Assembly (NCBI GenBank): GCA_947478395.1
Contig: CANJVR010000008.1
Location: 17,135-81,134, forward strand
Direction of reading: 5' to 3'
DNA: 64,000 nt
Source: Opitutia bacterium
GTDB lineage: Bacteria > Verrucomicrobiota > Verrucomicrobiia > Opitutales > Opitutaceae
The notes under the pieces were generated by a model. It was not told where the DNA came from. It searched no databases and worked only from the letters and a program-made list of their open reading frames with translations. The position numbers were made by a program, and so were the translations under genes. Shown here one piece after another: positions 28,529 to 38,006 of the stretch; the stretch's first letter is position 1, and each line of letters begins with the position of its first letter.

Positions 28529-29731
28529 ATGGCTGGTAAGAAAAACTCCTCGCTCGACCGCATGCTTGGACGGCTCGATACGCTCGACTCCGTCAATCTC
28601 GCGAACCTCGTTCAGCGGCTCGCCCGCGAACGCGGTCTGTTCGAGGAAATTTTCAACACGCTGCAGGAGGGCGTGCTCGTCATTACCGCCGACGGCGCGA
28701 TCGAATACGCCAACGACGCGGCGCACCAGTTGATCGGTTTGTCCGAGGACGAGCTCGTCGGCCAGACCTTGTGGCGGCTTGTGCCGGGATTGCGGCCGAC
28801 GCTCGGCTTGGCGATGGACGAGGATTCGGCGGTGCTGCCGATCGTCGCGCGTGAATTTGAACTGACCTATCCGGAGCCGCGGACGGTACGGCTCTACATG
28901 GTGCCGTTTCGCGGGGCGGGGCGGGGCGCGGAGCGGCGTTTTGCGGTTATCCTGAGTGATGTGACGCGGGACCGGCAGACCACCGAGCGCCGCGTCGAGG
29001 ACGAACGCACGTCGTCCATTTTGCTGCTCGCTGCGGGCGTCGCGCACGAATTGGGCAATCCGTTGAACTCGCTGACGATTCACCTCCAGTTGATGGAGCG
29101 AAAACTCAAAAAGCTCCGCGCCACGGCGAAGGCGGCGAGCGAAACTGATTCGCTGGCCGAGTCGGTGCGAGTTTGCCGCGACGAGGTGGCGCGGCTGGAT
29201 GGCATCATCGCCAATTTTCTCGACGCGATCCGTCCGCGTCCGCCGGATCTAGCCGAGACGAATCTGGCGGATGTGCTCTCGGAGGTGCTGCGCTTCCAGC
29301 AGCGTGAGTTTGCCGACCGCGGAATTAAGATCGAGGCGGAGACGCCCGCCGATCTTCCGTCGGTGATGGCTGACCGCAACCAGCTCAAACAGGTTTTTTT
29401 CAACATCACGAAGAACGCGATGGAGGCGATGCAACCTGGCGGGAAATTGAAAATCAAGTCACGCGCCGACGACGATTCGGTATTTTTGCTTTTCGGCGAC
29501 AGCGGCAGCGGCATCCGGCAGGAGGATCTTGTCCGCTTGTTTCAACCTTATCACACGACGAAGCCGGGTGGCCATGGATTGGGGCTGATGATTGTGCAGC
29601 GCATCCTGCGTGAGCACGGCGGTCAAGTGGGCGTGGAGAGTCGCGAAGGCATCGGCACGTTGGTGACGCTGCAATTTCCGCGGAAAGATCGTCGCGTGCG
29701 GATGCTCGGCGCCCCGACCGGAGCGGCTTAA
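28529..29731 (+). CDS. PAS-domain sensor histidine kinase (NtrB-like), no partner response regulator adjacent
   Basis: PAS region (FNTLQEGVLVITADGAIEYANDAAHQLIG), H-box HELGNPLNSL, N-box NITKNAMEAM, and G-boxes GDSGSGI and GHGLGL. ATG at 28529; a GTG lies at 28523. Confidence 0.85.
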   Translation: MAGKKNSSLDRMLGRLDTLDSVNLANLVQRLARERGLFEEIFNTLQEGVLVITADGAIEYANDAAHQLIGLSEDELVGQTLWRLVPGLRPTLGLAMDEDSAVLPIVAREFELTYPEPRTVRLYMVPFRGAGRGAERRFAVILSDVTRDRQTTERRVEDERTSSILLLAAGVAHELGNPLNSLTIHLQLMERKLKKLRATAKAASETDSLAESVRVCRDEVARLDGIIANFLDAIRPRPPDLAETNLADVLSEVLRFQQREFADRGIKIEAETPADLPSVMADRNQLKQVFFNITKNAMEAMQPGGKLKIKSRADDDSVFLLFGDSGSGIRQEDLVRLFQPYHTTKPGGHGLGLMIVQRILREHGGQVGVESREGIGTLVTLQFPRKDRRVRMLGAPTGAA

Positions 29732-29911
29732 CCCGTCGTCAGGCCGAACGATTCAATCACCAGCTACACCCATTTCACGAAATGAATTTCGTGCGACGGG
29801 ATGAGAGGCTGACTCAGAACGGTGGCGCGGGTCAGCTCACCTCTGGCATGATCACGCGCCCGCCTTTTTCAGGACCCCTTCGAGCGTGGTGTCGTTTCTG
29901 CGGCGTCGCGG

Positions 29912-32395
29912 CTACGGCCTGATCGGCCCCGTGGCCAGCTTCAGTCGGAGCGGTGCGATCAGGGTGTCGTCCTTCGCGTAAAAAAGATCCTGGGGAAATA
30001 CGCGGAGGCCCACCATCTCGGTGTAGGTGCCGGCGCCCTCGTTAGAATTGAGCTGGCGGCCGGCGAGGTATTGCAGGCGGAGGTTGCGGTCGCGGTTGAT
30101 CTCGGCCGGGGCCAGCCACGCTTTCAAATCCGCGTACCGGCCGGTGTAGGACGAGAGCAGTCCGACTGGCGTATCGAGATCGAGGCCGACCAGGGCATTG
30201 ATGACGCGGGCGTGATCGGGCCGAGCCATCTTCGCGGTCAACGCAGCGACATCCACGCGCAACGGTTCGGCTTGTCCCAGCATGACGGTGTCGTAGCCGG
30301 AGCCATCGTCGTCGTTGCCCCAAATCGTGCCCTGGGGAAACACGGTGAAGAAGGTCGCTATTTCACTCAGCACGACCGCGCGATCCGATTCGTAGAGCGG
30401 CACCCATTGCGTGACAAATCCGCCTGGATTGAGGTGCTGGCGGCAGAGCTCGAAATATTCCTGCGAGTAAAGCACGGCCGACCCTTTCACCCAGGGATGA
30501 ATCGGATCGGACGTGATGATGTCGAAGTGCTCCTTCGTCGTGGCGATGAAATGGCGGGCGTCGTCGTAGACGATCTCGACGCGCGGATCGTGGACGACGT
30601 CATTATTTTCGATTTTGAAAAAGGTGGAAACCACCTGGGGAATCAGCGGTTCGATGTCGCAGATCACGATGCGCTCGATGGAAGGATGGATTACAAACGA
30701 GCCGGCGGTGACGCCCGCTCCGCAGCCGACGATGAGAACGGATTTTGGATTCGGGTGCAGCAAGGCCGGGATGTGGCCGAGCATGCGCTGGAGCCGCATA
30801 TCTTTTTCGATGCTGGACGCCTCCGTTTTTCCGCTGACGTGAAAGAAACGGGCGCCGCCGGGGTTTTCCGTAACGTTGACGGACGAATTCATGCCTTCGC
30901 CCAAAAACAAAGACTTGGCCCCGTAGTCGGTCGTGGCGATCTGCCGGCCATAGGCCACGAGCTGCCACGGAATGCCCGAAACGACCGGTGCGAGCCCAAC
31001 GATGACCGCGAATCCCGCGAGCGCCGCCGGCAAGCCGAATGCAAGACGTCGAAACAGGACCAGCGCCGCGCTGCCGAGCGAAACGGCGAGCAGGATCTGC
31101 TGGGTGTGTTGGGTCCCGAAATGTGGAATCAACCAGAGGCTGGCGCCGAGGGCGCCGGCAATGGCGCCGAGGGTGTTGGCGGCATAGGTGCGGCCGACCA
31201 GGCGCGCGGGATCCAGGCCCGGCTGCGCGAGGGCCGCGAGGGCGAGCGGAAAACTGGCGCCCCACAGCAAGGCCGAAGGCAGAATCGCGAACGCGCACCG
31301 GACGACGTCGTAGAGCGGTCGGGGCACCGCCGCCCATTGGTGGGTCACGATGCCGACTTTAAATTGGGCCCAGCGTCCCGCATTGGGCAGAAGTTCCGCT
31401 GGCCAGTACGGGAGTGAAACCGCGATGGCGTAAGCGGCCCACGCGATCCCAGCAACCTGCAGCAGCTGGCAAAGGCCCAACGCCACGCGCGGTCTTAATC
31501 GACTGCGTCCGATCGCCGCACCGGCGCTGCTGCCTAAGCCCAGCCCGACGAGAAACACCGCTAGGATAATTGAAAACGTGTAGACCGTAGCTCCGAGCAA
31601 CAGCGACAACGTCCGTGCCCAAACCACTTCCGCCGCCAGCGCGCAGAGTCCGGAGAGCGCGATCGAGACCAGCACCACCCGCGAGCCGGCCACCGGCTGG
31701 GAAATGGACTGGACCGCGGCGGTCTCGGACGGCGCTTCGTCCGGGGCTTTGCGATGAGGCGCCCGACTTGCGAGGGCCAAGGCGAGGGCGGCGACCAGGA
31801 GATTGATCACCACGGCAAACCAGGTGGCGGTCGCCATATCGTAGGTGGGCAGCAGATAAAAACCGGCTAGGACACAGCCGGCGACGGCGCCGGCGGTATT
31901 GCCGCCGTAGAAATAACCAAGCCAGGAAACCCCGCGCGGCGTGGTCTCGATCCAGCGTGCCACCGCGGGGAGGGTAGCGCCCATCATGATCGTCGGTGGC
32001 AGCAGACAAATGGCGCAGACCAGCGCTCGCAGCGCGATGCCGGCGACACCGTGTCCGACGAGCGCGGTGTAGACCCGGCCCACGACCGGCATCGCGAACA
32101 AGACCACGAGGCCAGAAACGGCGATGCCAATTTCAAGTAACGCATACAGTCGCAGCGGGTGGCGCTGGGCGGAGATAAATCGGGGTAGAGCAAAACTACC
32201 GAGGCACATCCCGCCCATGAACGTGCCGAGCAGCACGGCCAGTGAAAACGCCGAGGAACCGATGACCAGCTGCAGGAGTTGCAGCCACACGATCTCGTAG
32301 ATCAGCGCCGCGCAGCCGCTGCCGACAAAGAGCAGAAGCAACAAAGGCAGGAAACGCGGCGAGTGTGATGGAGAAGATGCAGACGATGAAAACAT
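29912..32395 (-). CDS. Fused multi-TM (MFS-like)/spermidine-synthase-family protein
   Basis: 827 aa. About 12 TM helices, then a class-I methyltransferase-fold aminopropyltransferase module (VLIVGCGAGVTAGSF...DIITSDPIHPWVKGSAVLYSQEYF) and a C-terminal helical domain. Confidence 0.8.
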   Translation of the reverse strand: MFSSSASSPSHSPRFLPLLLLLFVGSGCAALIYEIVWLQLLQLVIGSSAFSLAVLLGTFMGGMCLGSFALPRFISAQRHPLRLYALLEIGIAVSGLVVLFAMPVVGRVYTALVGHGVAGIALRALVCAICLLPPTIMMGATLPAVARWIETTPRGVSWLGYFYGGNTAGAVAGCVLAGFYLLPTYDMATATWFAVVINLLVAALALALASRAPHRKAPDEAPSETAAVQSISQPVAGSRVVLVSIALSGLCALAAEVVWARTLSLLLGATVYTFSIILAVFLVGLGLGSSAGAAIGRSRLRPRVALGLCQLLQVAGIAWAAYAIAVSLPYWPAELLPNAGRWAQFKVGIVTHQWAAVPRPLYDVVRCAFAILPSALLWGASFPLALAALAQPGLDPARLVGRTYAANTLGAIAGALGASLWLIPHFGTQHTQQILLAVSLGSAALVLFRRLAFGLPAALAGFAVIVGLAPVVSGIPWQLVAYGRQIATTDYGAKSLFLGEGMNSSVNVTENPGGARFFHVSGKTEASSIEKDMRLQRMLGHIPALLHPNPKSVLIVGCGAGVTAGSFVIHPSIERIVICDIEPLIPQVVSTFFKIENNDVVHDPRVEIVYDDARHFIATTKEHFDIITSDPIHPWVKGSAVLYSQEYFELCRQHLNPGGFVTQWVPLYESDRAVVLSEIATFFTVFPQGTIWGNDDDGSGYDTVMLGQAEPLRVDVAALTAKMARPDHARVINALVGLDLDTPVGLLSSYTGRYADLKAWLAPAEINRDRNLRLQYLAGRQLNSNEGAGTYTEMVGLRVFPQDLFYAKDDTLIAPLRLKLATGPIRP

Positions 32396-32640
32396 GCGGA
32401 GGGTGCGGGTGGGTCTTGAGGCGGCAGCGCAAAGGGGTACGGCACGACGGCGCGCCAGAGAATGACATGCTTACCTTCATGGGCCGCTTCGAAGTGGCGC
32501 AAGAAAAGATCGTGCCGCCCGGTCAGACGCACCGGCCGGGGAAGCGTTGTGCACATTGGTCAGTTGGATCCGACCGCACATCAATCGGACCGCTGTCCAA
32601 ACGAAATTTATTTCTACGAACCCCGGAATTGTTCGGAGCC

Positions 32641-32663
32641 AATGTCACTTATTAAGTGACATT
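32641..32663. promoter_or_regulatory. Perfect 11-1-11 palindrome AATGTCACTTA-T-TAAGTGACATT, candidate operator
   Basis: Checked base by base: fully symmetric. It lies about 130 bp upstream of the hydrolase gene (32795), in the 399-bp divergent spacer. Confidence 0.4.
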
Positions 32664-32794
32664 ACGGGGGGAAGATTCCCGCGAAATTCGGGGTGGTTTC
32701 TTCTGCTCCGAGGTCGAGCGTTGCGGTGGGCTGGGATAAGCACCTAAAACCTACCCGTCTTCGTCACGCCTAGCGCCCGCCCCTCCCCACTACC

Positions 32795-34051
32795 ATGACT
32801 CTGAAAAAAATTACCCCGTTTCAATCTGCGCTGCTCGCCAGCCTGCTTTTACCGGTGTCGCTGACGTTCGGCGCCGACGCCACCGCCGCAGCGGCTCCGG
32901 CGGCTGCGACCGCGGTCAACGCTCCAACCTTGCCGCCGATCCCGGCCATGCTGGGCGTGCCGCATCCCGGCCCGGTGACGGACGCCCCTTATGCGCCCCA
33001 GCCGATTTTGTCGGGCGGGGTCGTAATTCCGCTTTTTCCGCCGGGCTCGCCTTATCTGAAGATGGACCGCGTCCGCGAGGCTGAGAAGTACAACCTCGGC
33101 GGTGGCGGCCAAATTGGCTCCATCGTGAACATCCACAATCCCTCGATCGAATTTCATCCGGGCAACCGTTCTCTTAATACCGGCGTGGTCATCATTGTCG
33201 TCGCAGGCGGCGGTCACAACACCTTGAACGTCGGCAGTGAAGGCGCGGACTTCGTCCCGTTCTTCGCCAGTTACGGGATCAATACGGTCATTCTGAGAAA
33301 CCGGATGCGCGTGGATGGCTACAACGCGAAGACTGATTCCGTCTACGACGCCCAACAGGCGATCAAAATGGTCCGCGCCTACGCGAAAGAGTGGCGCCTC
33401 GATCCCAACCGGATCGGCATCATGGGATTTTCCGCCGGCGCCGAACTCGCGGCGCCCGCGGCGATCGACTGGGCGGCGTTCGATGCGAAAAACGATCTGC
33501 CGGAAAATCCCCTGGCGAAAATTTCTTCGCGGCCCGATTTCGTCGGTATCATTTATCCGGGCCCGACCCCGTTCGCTCGCGGTGCCAACCCGCCAATTCC
33601 CAAGGACACCCCGCCTTCGTTTATTACCTGTGCTGGCTGGGGCGATAAAGGCCACGCGGTCTGGGCGAACGAATGGTTCACCGCCATGCTGAATGCCGGC
33701 ATCCCCAATGTTGAAATGCACATCTATGCCCGCGGGCATCATCCGGGCGACCGCGTCACCGGAGATGAGCCACCGTCCACCGGTGGCCTGACCAGCCGTG
33801 GTTTTATTGCGTATGGTTCATGGCCGGCGCGTTTCATCGAGTGGACGCGCGATCTCGGTTTTCTGAACAAAACCGGCGTTGAAACCCAGGCGGCAAAAGA
33901 CGTCCTCGCGAACGTGAATCGCGTCGACCTGCCGCGCGGCGGCGGGCGGCGCGGCGGGCCGGCTGGGCCGGCCGGGCCAGGCGCGCCGGTTGCTTCTCCG
34001 GTTGAATCGGTGGTACCCCCGGCGGCGGGCGCGCGACCAGCGACGCCCTGA
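32795..34051 (+). CDS. Secreted alpha/beta hydrolase (esterase-like)
   Basis: Signal peptide, nucleophile elbow GFSAGA, and a Gly/Pro/Arg low-complexity C-terminus. Confidence 0.75.
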   Translation: MTLKKITPFQSALLASLLLPVSLTFGADATAAAAPAAATAVNAPTLPPIPAMLGVPHPGPVTDAPYAPQPILSGGVVIPLFPPGSPYLKMDRVREAEKYNLGGGGQIGSIVNIHNPSIEFHPGNRSLNTGVVIIVVAGGGHNTLNVGSEGADFVPFFASYGINTVILRNRMRVDGYNAKTDSVYDAQQAIKMVRAYAKEWRLDPNRIGIMGFSAGAELAAPAAIDWAAFDAKNDLPENPLAKISSRPDFVGIIYPGPTPFARGANPPIPKDTPPSFITCAGWGDKGHAVWANEWFTAMLNAGIPNVEMHIYARGHHPGDRVTGDEPPSTGGLTSRGFIAYGSWPARFIEWTRDLGFLNKTGVETQAAKDVLANVNRVDLPRGGGRRGGPAGPAGPGAPVASPVESVVPPAAGARPATP

Positions 34052-34186
34052 GGCAAATCTTGCGGACCGGTTTTTCGGGGCTCGCTGGACCCAGATCCGG
34101 AAGGACGCAGGCGGATTGGGCGCCGCCGCCGCTGGCCGGCGGGCGTTTCTGTGATTGAAATTCGCCCGGCGACCGGCGCCGATCCG

Positions 34187-36343
34187 CTACAAACCGCCGG
34201 GGGCCGTTCCGGCCGGCGCGAGCCCGCGCCGCAGCAAGAGCGGTTTTAAGTCGAGTTCGCCGCCCGTGAAGTTTTTGAAAAGCGTCATCGCGTCCTCGCT
34301 ACCACCACGCGAAAGCAGGACCTGACGGAAGCGATCGCCGTTCGCGCGCGTCAGACCGCCGTGCTGTTTGAACCACTCCACGCTGTCGGCATCGAGTACC
34401 TCACTCCAAATGTACGAGTAGTATCCGGCGGAATATCCGCCGGAAAAAATATGCTGGAAATAGGTGCTGCGATAACGCGGCGGCACGACGGCGTAATCGG
34501 CGCCGGCTTTTTTCAATGCGGTGGCTTCAAAAGCGGGCACGGCGGTGGCACTCGGAATTTCCCCCGGTTTGAGCTGATGCCACGCCTGGTCGAGGAGCAT
34601 GGCGGCTAATAGCTCGGCCGTTTTGAAGCCCTGATTGAACCGGCTGGCGGCCTCGACCTTTTCGACGAGCGCGAGCGGCATCGGTTCGCCGGTCTTATAA
34701 TGCTTCGCGTAGTGCTTCAAAACTTCCGGCCAGGTCCGCCACATTTCGTTCACCTGCGACGGATATTCGACGAAGTCGCGGGGGACGCGCGTGCCGCTGA
34801 ATCGCGGATAGGTCACATTGGAAAACATGCCGTGCAACGCGTGCCCGAATTCGTGGAAGATCGTGCGCGTTTCATCCCACGTGAGCAGCGTGGGCTCGCC
34901 GGCGGTGGGCAGCGGGATGTTGAGATGGTTGGCAACAACCGATTGGGTCCCGAGCAGTTTCGACTGGGAAACGTAGGCGTTCATCCACGCTCCGCCGCGC
35001 TTCGAGGGCCGGGCGTAGTAGTCGCCGATAAAAATCGCGAGCGGTTTGCCGTCGGCATCGAACACGTCGAAAACGCGCACCGTCGGTTCGTAGACCGGCA
35101 GGTCGTGTCGTTCCTTGAACGTCAGTCCGTACAGTTTTTCCGCGGCGTAGAACACGCCGTCGATCAAAACGTGATTCAGTTCGAGATACGGCCGCAGCTG
35201 GGCCTCGTCGAATGCGTAGCGCGACTGGCGCAGTTTCTCGGCGTAGAAAGCGCGGTCCGCGGCGGTGATGGCGAAGCCACCGTGGTCGGCGTCGACGAGG
35301 GCCTGTTCGTCGGCCACTTCGCGACGGGCGTTGGCGACGGCCGGAACGGCGAGATCGGCCAGCAGTCGGTTGACGACAGCGACGCTGCCGGCGGTTTGCT
35401 CCTCGAGTTGGAAAGCGGCGTGGTGTTCGTAGCCGAGCAGTTGGGCGCGCTCGGCTCGCAGCCGTGCGATGTGGGCGACGGTGGCGGTCAGGTCGAAGGG
35501 CCCGCCGCGGCTGCCGCGGGCGAGGGCAGCGGCGAGCAGTTTTTCGCGCGTGGCCCGGTTTTGCAGTGACTCCAGTTGCGGCTGGCCGGAGGTATTTTGG
35601 AGTCGCAGCAGAAATTTTCCGTTCTGGCCGGCGGCTTTCGCGGCGGTGGCGGCCGCATCGATTTCTTTTTCGCTGAGACCGGCCAGTTCGGCGCGGGAGT
35701 CGATGATTGCGCCGGCCGCATTGGTTTCGTCGAGGAGCGCCTGGGAGAACTGCGTCGAAAGAGTGGCGAGCTCCGCGTTGATGGCCTTGAGCTTGGTTTT
35801 GTTCGGGTCGGAGAGACGGGCGCCGGCGCGGACGAAATCGGTTTGGTAGCGCCACAGTAGGCGGCTCGCTTCGGCGTCGAGACCGAGTGCGCCGCGCGCC
35901 TCGTACAGCGTTTGAACGCGGGCGAAGAGCGTTGGGTTGAGCAGAATGGCGTCGCGCTGCGCGGCGAACTTGGGCGCCATGTCGGCCTCGATTTTCTTGA
36001 GCTCAGGATTGGTATGCGCACCTGCGAGGCTGGAGAAAATAATTTCGGCCCGATTGCGGAGCGCGCCCGCTTTTTCGAGCGCGACGATCGTGTTTTCGAA
36101 CGTGGGCGGCGCGGGATGGTTTGCGATGGCGTCGATTTCCTTGAGCTCGTCGGCGAGGCCTTGAGCAAACGCCGGGGCGAAGTGTTCCGTCTTGATCAGA
36201 TCGAATCGCGGATAGTGAAACGGTAGTGAGCTCTCGACGAACAGGGGATTCGACGGCGTTTCGGCGGCGCGAACACGGGTGTTCGCGATTACGCAGAGCG
36301 CGGTGACGGCGATAACGGCGGCGCAGGGAATTTTTCTTGGCAT
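34187..36343 (-). CDS. dcp: M3-family peptidyl-dipeptidase
   Basis: 718 aa with a signal peptide, the zinc motif HEFGHALHG and overall M3 (Dcp/oligopeptidase A) architecture. Confidence 0.9.
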   Translation of the reverse strand: MPRKIPCAAVIAVTALCVIANTRVRAAETPSNPLFVESSLPFHYPRFDLIKTEHFAPAFAQGLADELKEIDAIANHPAPPTFENTIVALEKAGALRNRAEIIFSSLAGAHTNPELKKIEADMAPKFAAQRDAILLNPTLFARVQTLYEARGALGLDAEASRLLWRYQTDFVRAGARLSDPNKTKLKAINAELATLSTQFSQALLDETNAAGAIIDSRAELAGLSEKEIDAAATAAKAAGQNGKFLLRLQNTSGQPQLESLQNRATREKLLAAALARGSRGGPFDLTATVAHIARLRAERAQLLGYEHHAAFQLEEQTAGSVAVVNRLLADLAVPAVANARREVADEQALVDADHGGFAITAADRAFYAEKLRQSRYAFDEAQLRPYLELNHVLIDGVFYAAEKLYGLTFKERHDLPVYEPTVRVFDVFDADGKPLAIFIGDYYARPSKRGGAWMNAYVSQSKLLGTQSVVANHLNIPLPTAGEPTLLTWDETRTIFHEFGHALHGMFSNVTYPRFSGTRVPRDFVEYPSQVNEMWRTWPEVLKHYAKHYKTGEPMPLALVEKVEAASRFNQGFKTAELLAAMLLDQAWHQLKPGEIPSATAVPAFEATALKKAGADYAVVPPRYRSTYFQHIFSGGYSAGYYSYIWSEVLDADSVEWFKQHGGLTRANGDRFRQVLLSRGGSEDAMTLFKNFTGGELDLKPLLLRRGLAPAGTAPGGL

Positions 36344-36446
36344 GGCCGCAGCTTGCGGCCGATGCGGGCCGTGGCAAGGCGGTCGTGGGCGAACGCGCTC
36401 CGGCGTTGCGCGCCGACCCGCTCAAGAGGGAAATCGAACTAACGCA

Positions 36447-36532
36447 GTTTAAGTTTTTCCGGGGCCGTTTGATGTGGCTAGCCCGTAGCGGCAGGCGTCC
36501 TCATGACGGCAGGCAGGGACGCCTGCCGCTAC
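36447..36532. repeat. REP-like palindromic element, copy C (short deletion variant) with flank GTTTAAGTTTTTCCGGGGCC
   Basis: GTAGCGGCAGGCGTCC-TCATGACGGCAGGCAG-GGACGCCTGCCGCTAC has a perfect 16-bp stem. Lies between the DUF1552 stop and the dcp start. Confidence 0.8.
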
Positions 36533-36647
36533 GTCGCGAGCTACTACGCTTTCCGTTTCGACCAATCGAGCGAACCCTCGACGGAGGAGAGACTCTGCAA
36601 ATTCCACTCGTGGGGAGGGTGACCGCCGGGCGGGGTGTGTGCGGGAA

Positions 36648-38006
36648 CTACACCCCGGCCAGACGCGCGTCGGCGTCCCCGAAGCGTGGGAGCTGCACGC
36701 CCGCACGATCCATCAGCGAGAGATAGAGGCTGCAGAGTTTGCGGTTTTCGTTGCCCTTGTCCGTGTAGTCGAGCACCCGCCCGGTTTCCAACGTGCCGCC
36801 GAGGCCTCCGACCGTGACGAGCGGCACCTTGCTGTTGTCGTGCCGTGTGCCGGAAAACATGTTCGAGAGATACATGAGGCAGGTATTGTCCAGCACCGTG
36901 CCCTCGCCCTCGGGCATCGCGTCGAGGCGGCCGGCGAGATAAGCGAGATTGCTGACATAATATCGCGCGATGCGTTCGTAGTCCTCCGACTGGTCGTCGT
37001 GGGAAGCGCCGTGGTGCGCTTTTTTCACGTTGAGGAACGGATAAAGCAGACCGGAAATATCGCGGCACAAAAGCAGCGAAACGACGCGTGTTTTATCGGT
37101 CTGAAACGCGAGCGCGACGATGTCGCACATGAGTTTCATATGCTCGCGAATGTCTTCGGGGAGACCGTTGTCCGGCCGCTTCATCGCGACCAAAGGCTGG
37201 CCCCGATTTTTCGCATTATCTTCCGCCTTGGCTTGATCGCCGCGCATGCGATCCACCCGCTTCTCCACCTCGCGCACGCTGCTGAGATATTCGTCCAACT
37301 TTACATGATCGGCCGCGCTGATCTGGCGGGTGAGCCGGTCCGCGTCCTCTTTGACGCGATCGAGAATGCTCTGCGAGCGGCGACTGCCGCGGTTTTCGAA
37401 CAGACTGTCGAAAGCGAGCGACGGATAAACCTCCATTGGCACCGGCGAATCGGCGTTCTCCCATGAGATATGGGAGCCGTAGGCCATGGAGAAGTTTGTC
37501 TCATGGTAACCCGTGGTCGGCTGCTCGCATCCCAGAACCATGCTGGGCTGCATCGTCTCTTGCCCCAGCCGCGTGGCGAGCACCTGGTCCATGCTCACGC
37601 CACCGTGAAGCACCGCGCCCTTCATGAGTGGCATACCGGAAAGGAGATTCCCCGTCATGCCCGGATGAATGCCGACCCCCGTGGCGAACTTGTTGTAGAG
37701 CCCGTTGATGACATTCAGTTTAGTTCGGAATGGCTCAAGTGGCGTGAGCGTTTTGCTGAGCTCCATGTCCGCACCCGCACCCTTGGCCCACCAATGGTTC
37801 GGACTGATGCCGTTAGCTTGGAACAAGACTGCAAAGCGCTTCGGATAAGGATTGGGCGTGGCCGCTGTGGGCAAAGCCTCGCTGCCCCAAACCGGAAGCG
37901 ACTCGAGCCACGGGAGCGACATCATCACGCCGGCGCCATGGAGAAATCTGCGCCGTGAGATTTGGTAACGGAGGACGTCGGGGGTATTTTGATTATTCGC
38001 GGACAT
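36648..38006 (-). CDS. DUF1552-family protein with twin-arginine signal
   Basis: 452 aa. Tat motif ISRRRFLHGAGVMMSLPWL. The overall sequence is typical of the DUF1552 proteins common in Planctomycetes and Verrucomicrobia. Confidence 0.85.
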   Translation of the reverse strand: MSANNQNTPDVLRYQISRRRFLHGAGVMMSLPWLESLPVWGSEALPTAATPNPYPKRFAVLFQANGISPNHWWAKGAGADMELSKTLTPLEPFRTKLNVINGLYNKFATGVGIHPGMTGNLLSGMPLMKGAVLHGGVSMDQVLATRLGQETMQPSMVLGCEQPTTGYHETNFSMAYGSHISWENADSPVPMEVYPSLAFDSLFENRGSRRSQSILDRVKEDADRLTRQISAADHVKLDEYLSSVREVEKRVDRMRGDQAKAEDNAKNRGQPLVAMKRPDNGLPEDIREHMKLMCDIVALAFQTDKTRVVSLLLCRDISGLLYPFLNVKKAHHGASHDDQSEDYERIARYYVSNLAYLAGRLDAMPEGEGTVLDNTCLMYLSNMFSGTRHDNSKVPLVTVGGLGGTLETGRVLDYTDKGNENRKLCSLYLSLMDRAGVQLPRFGDADARLAGV

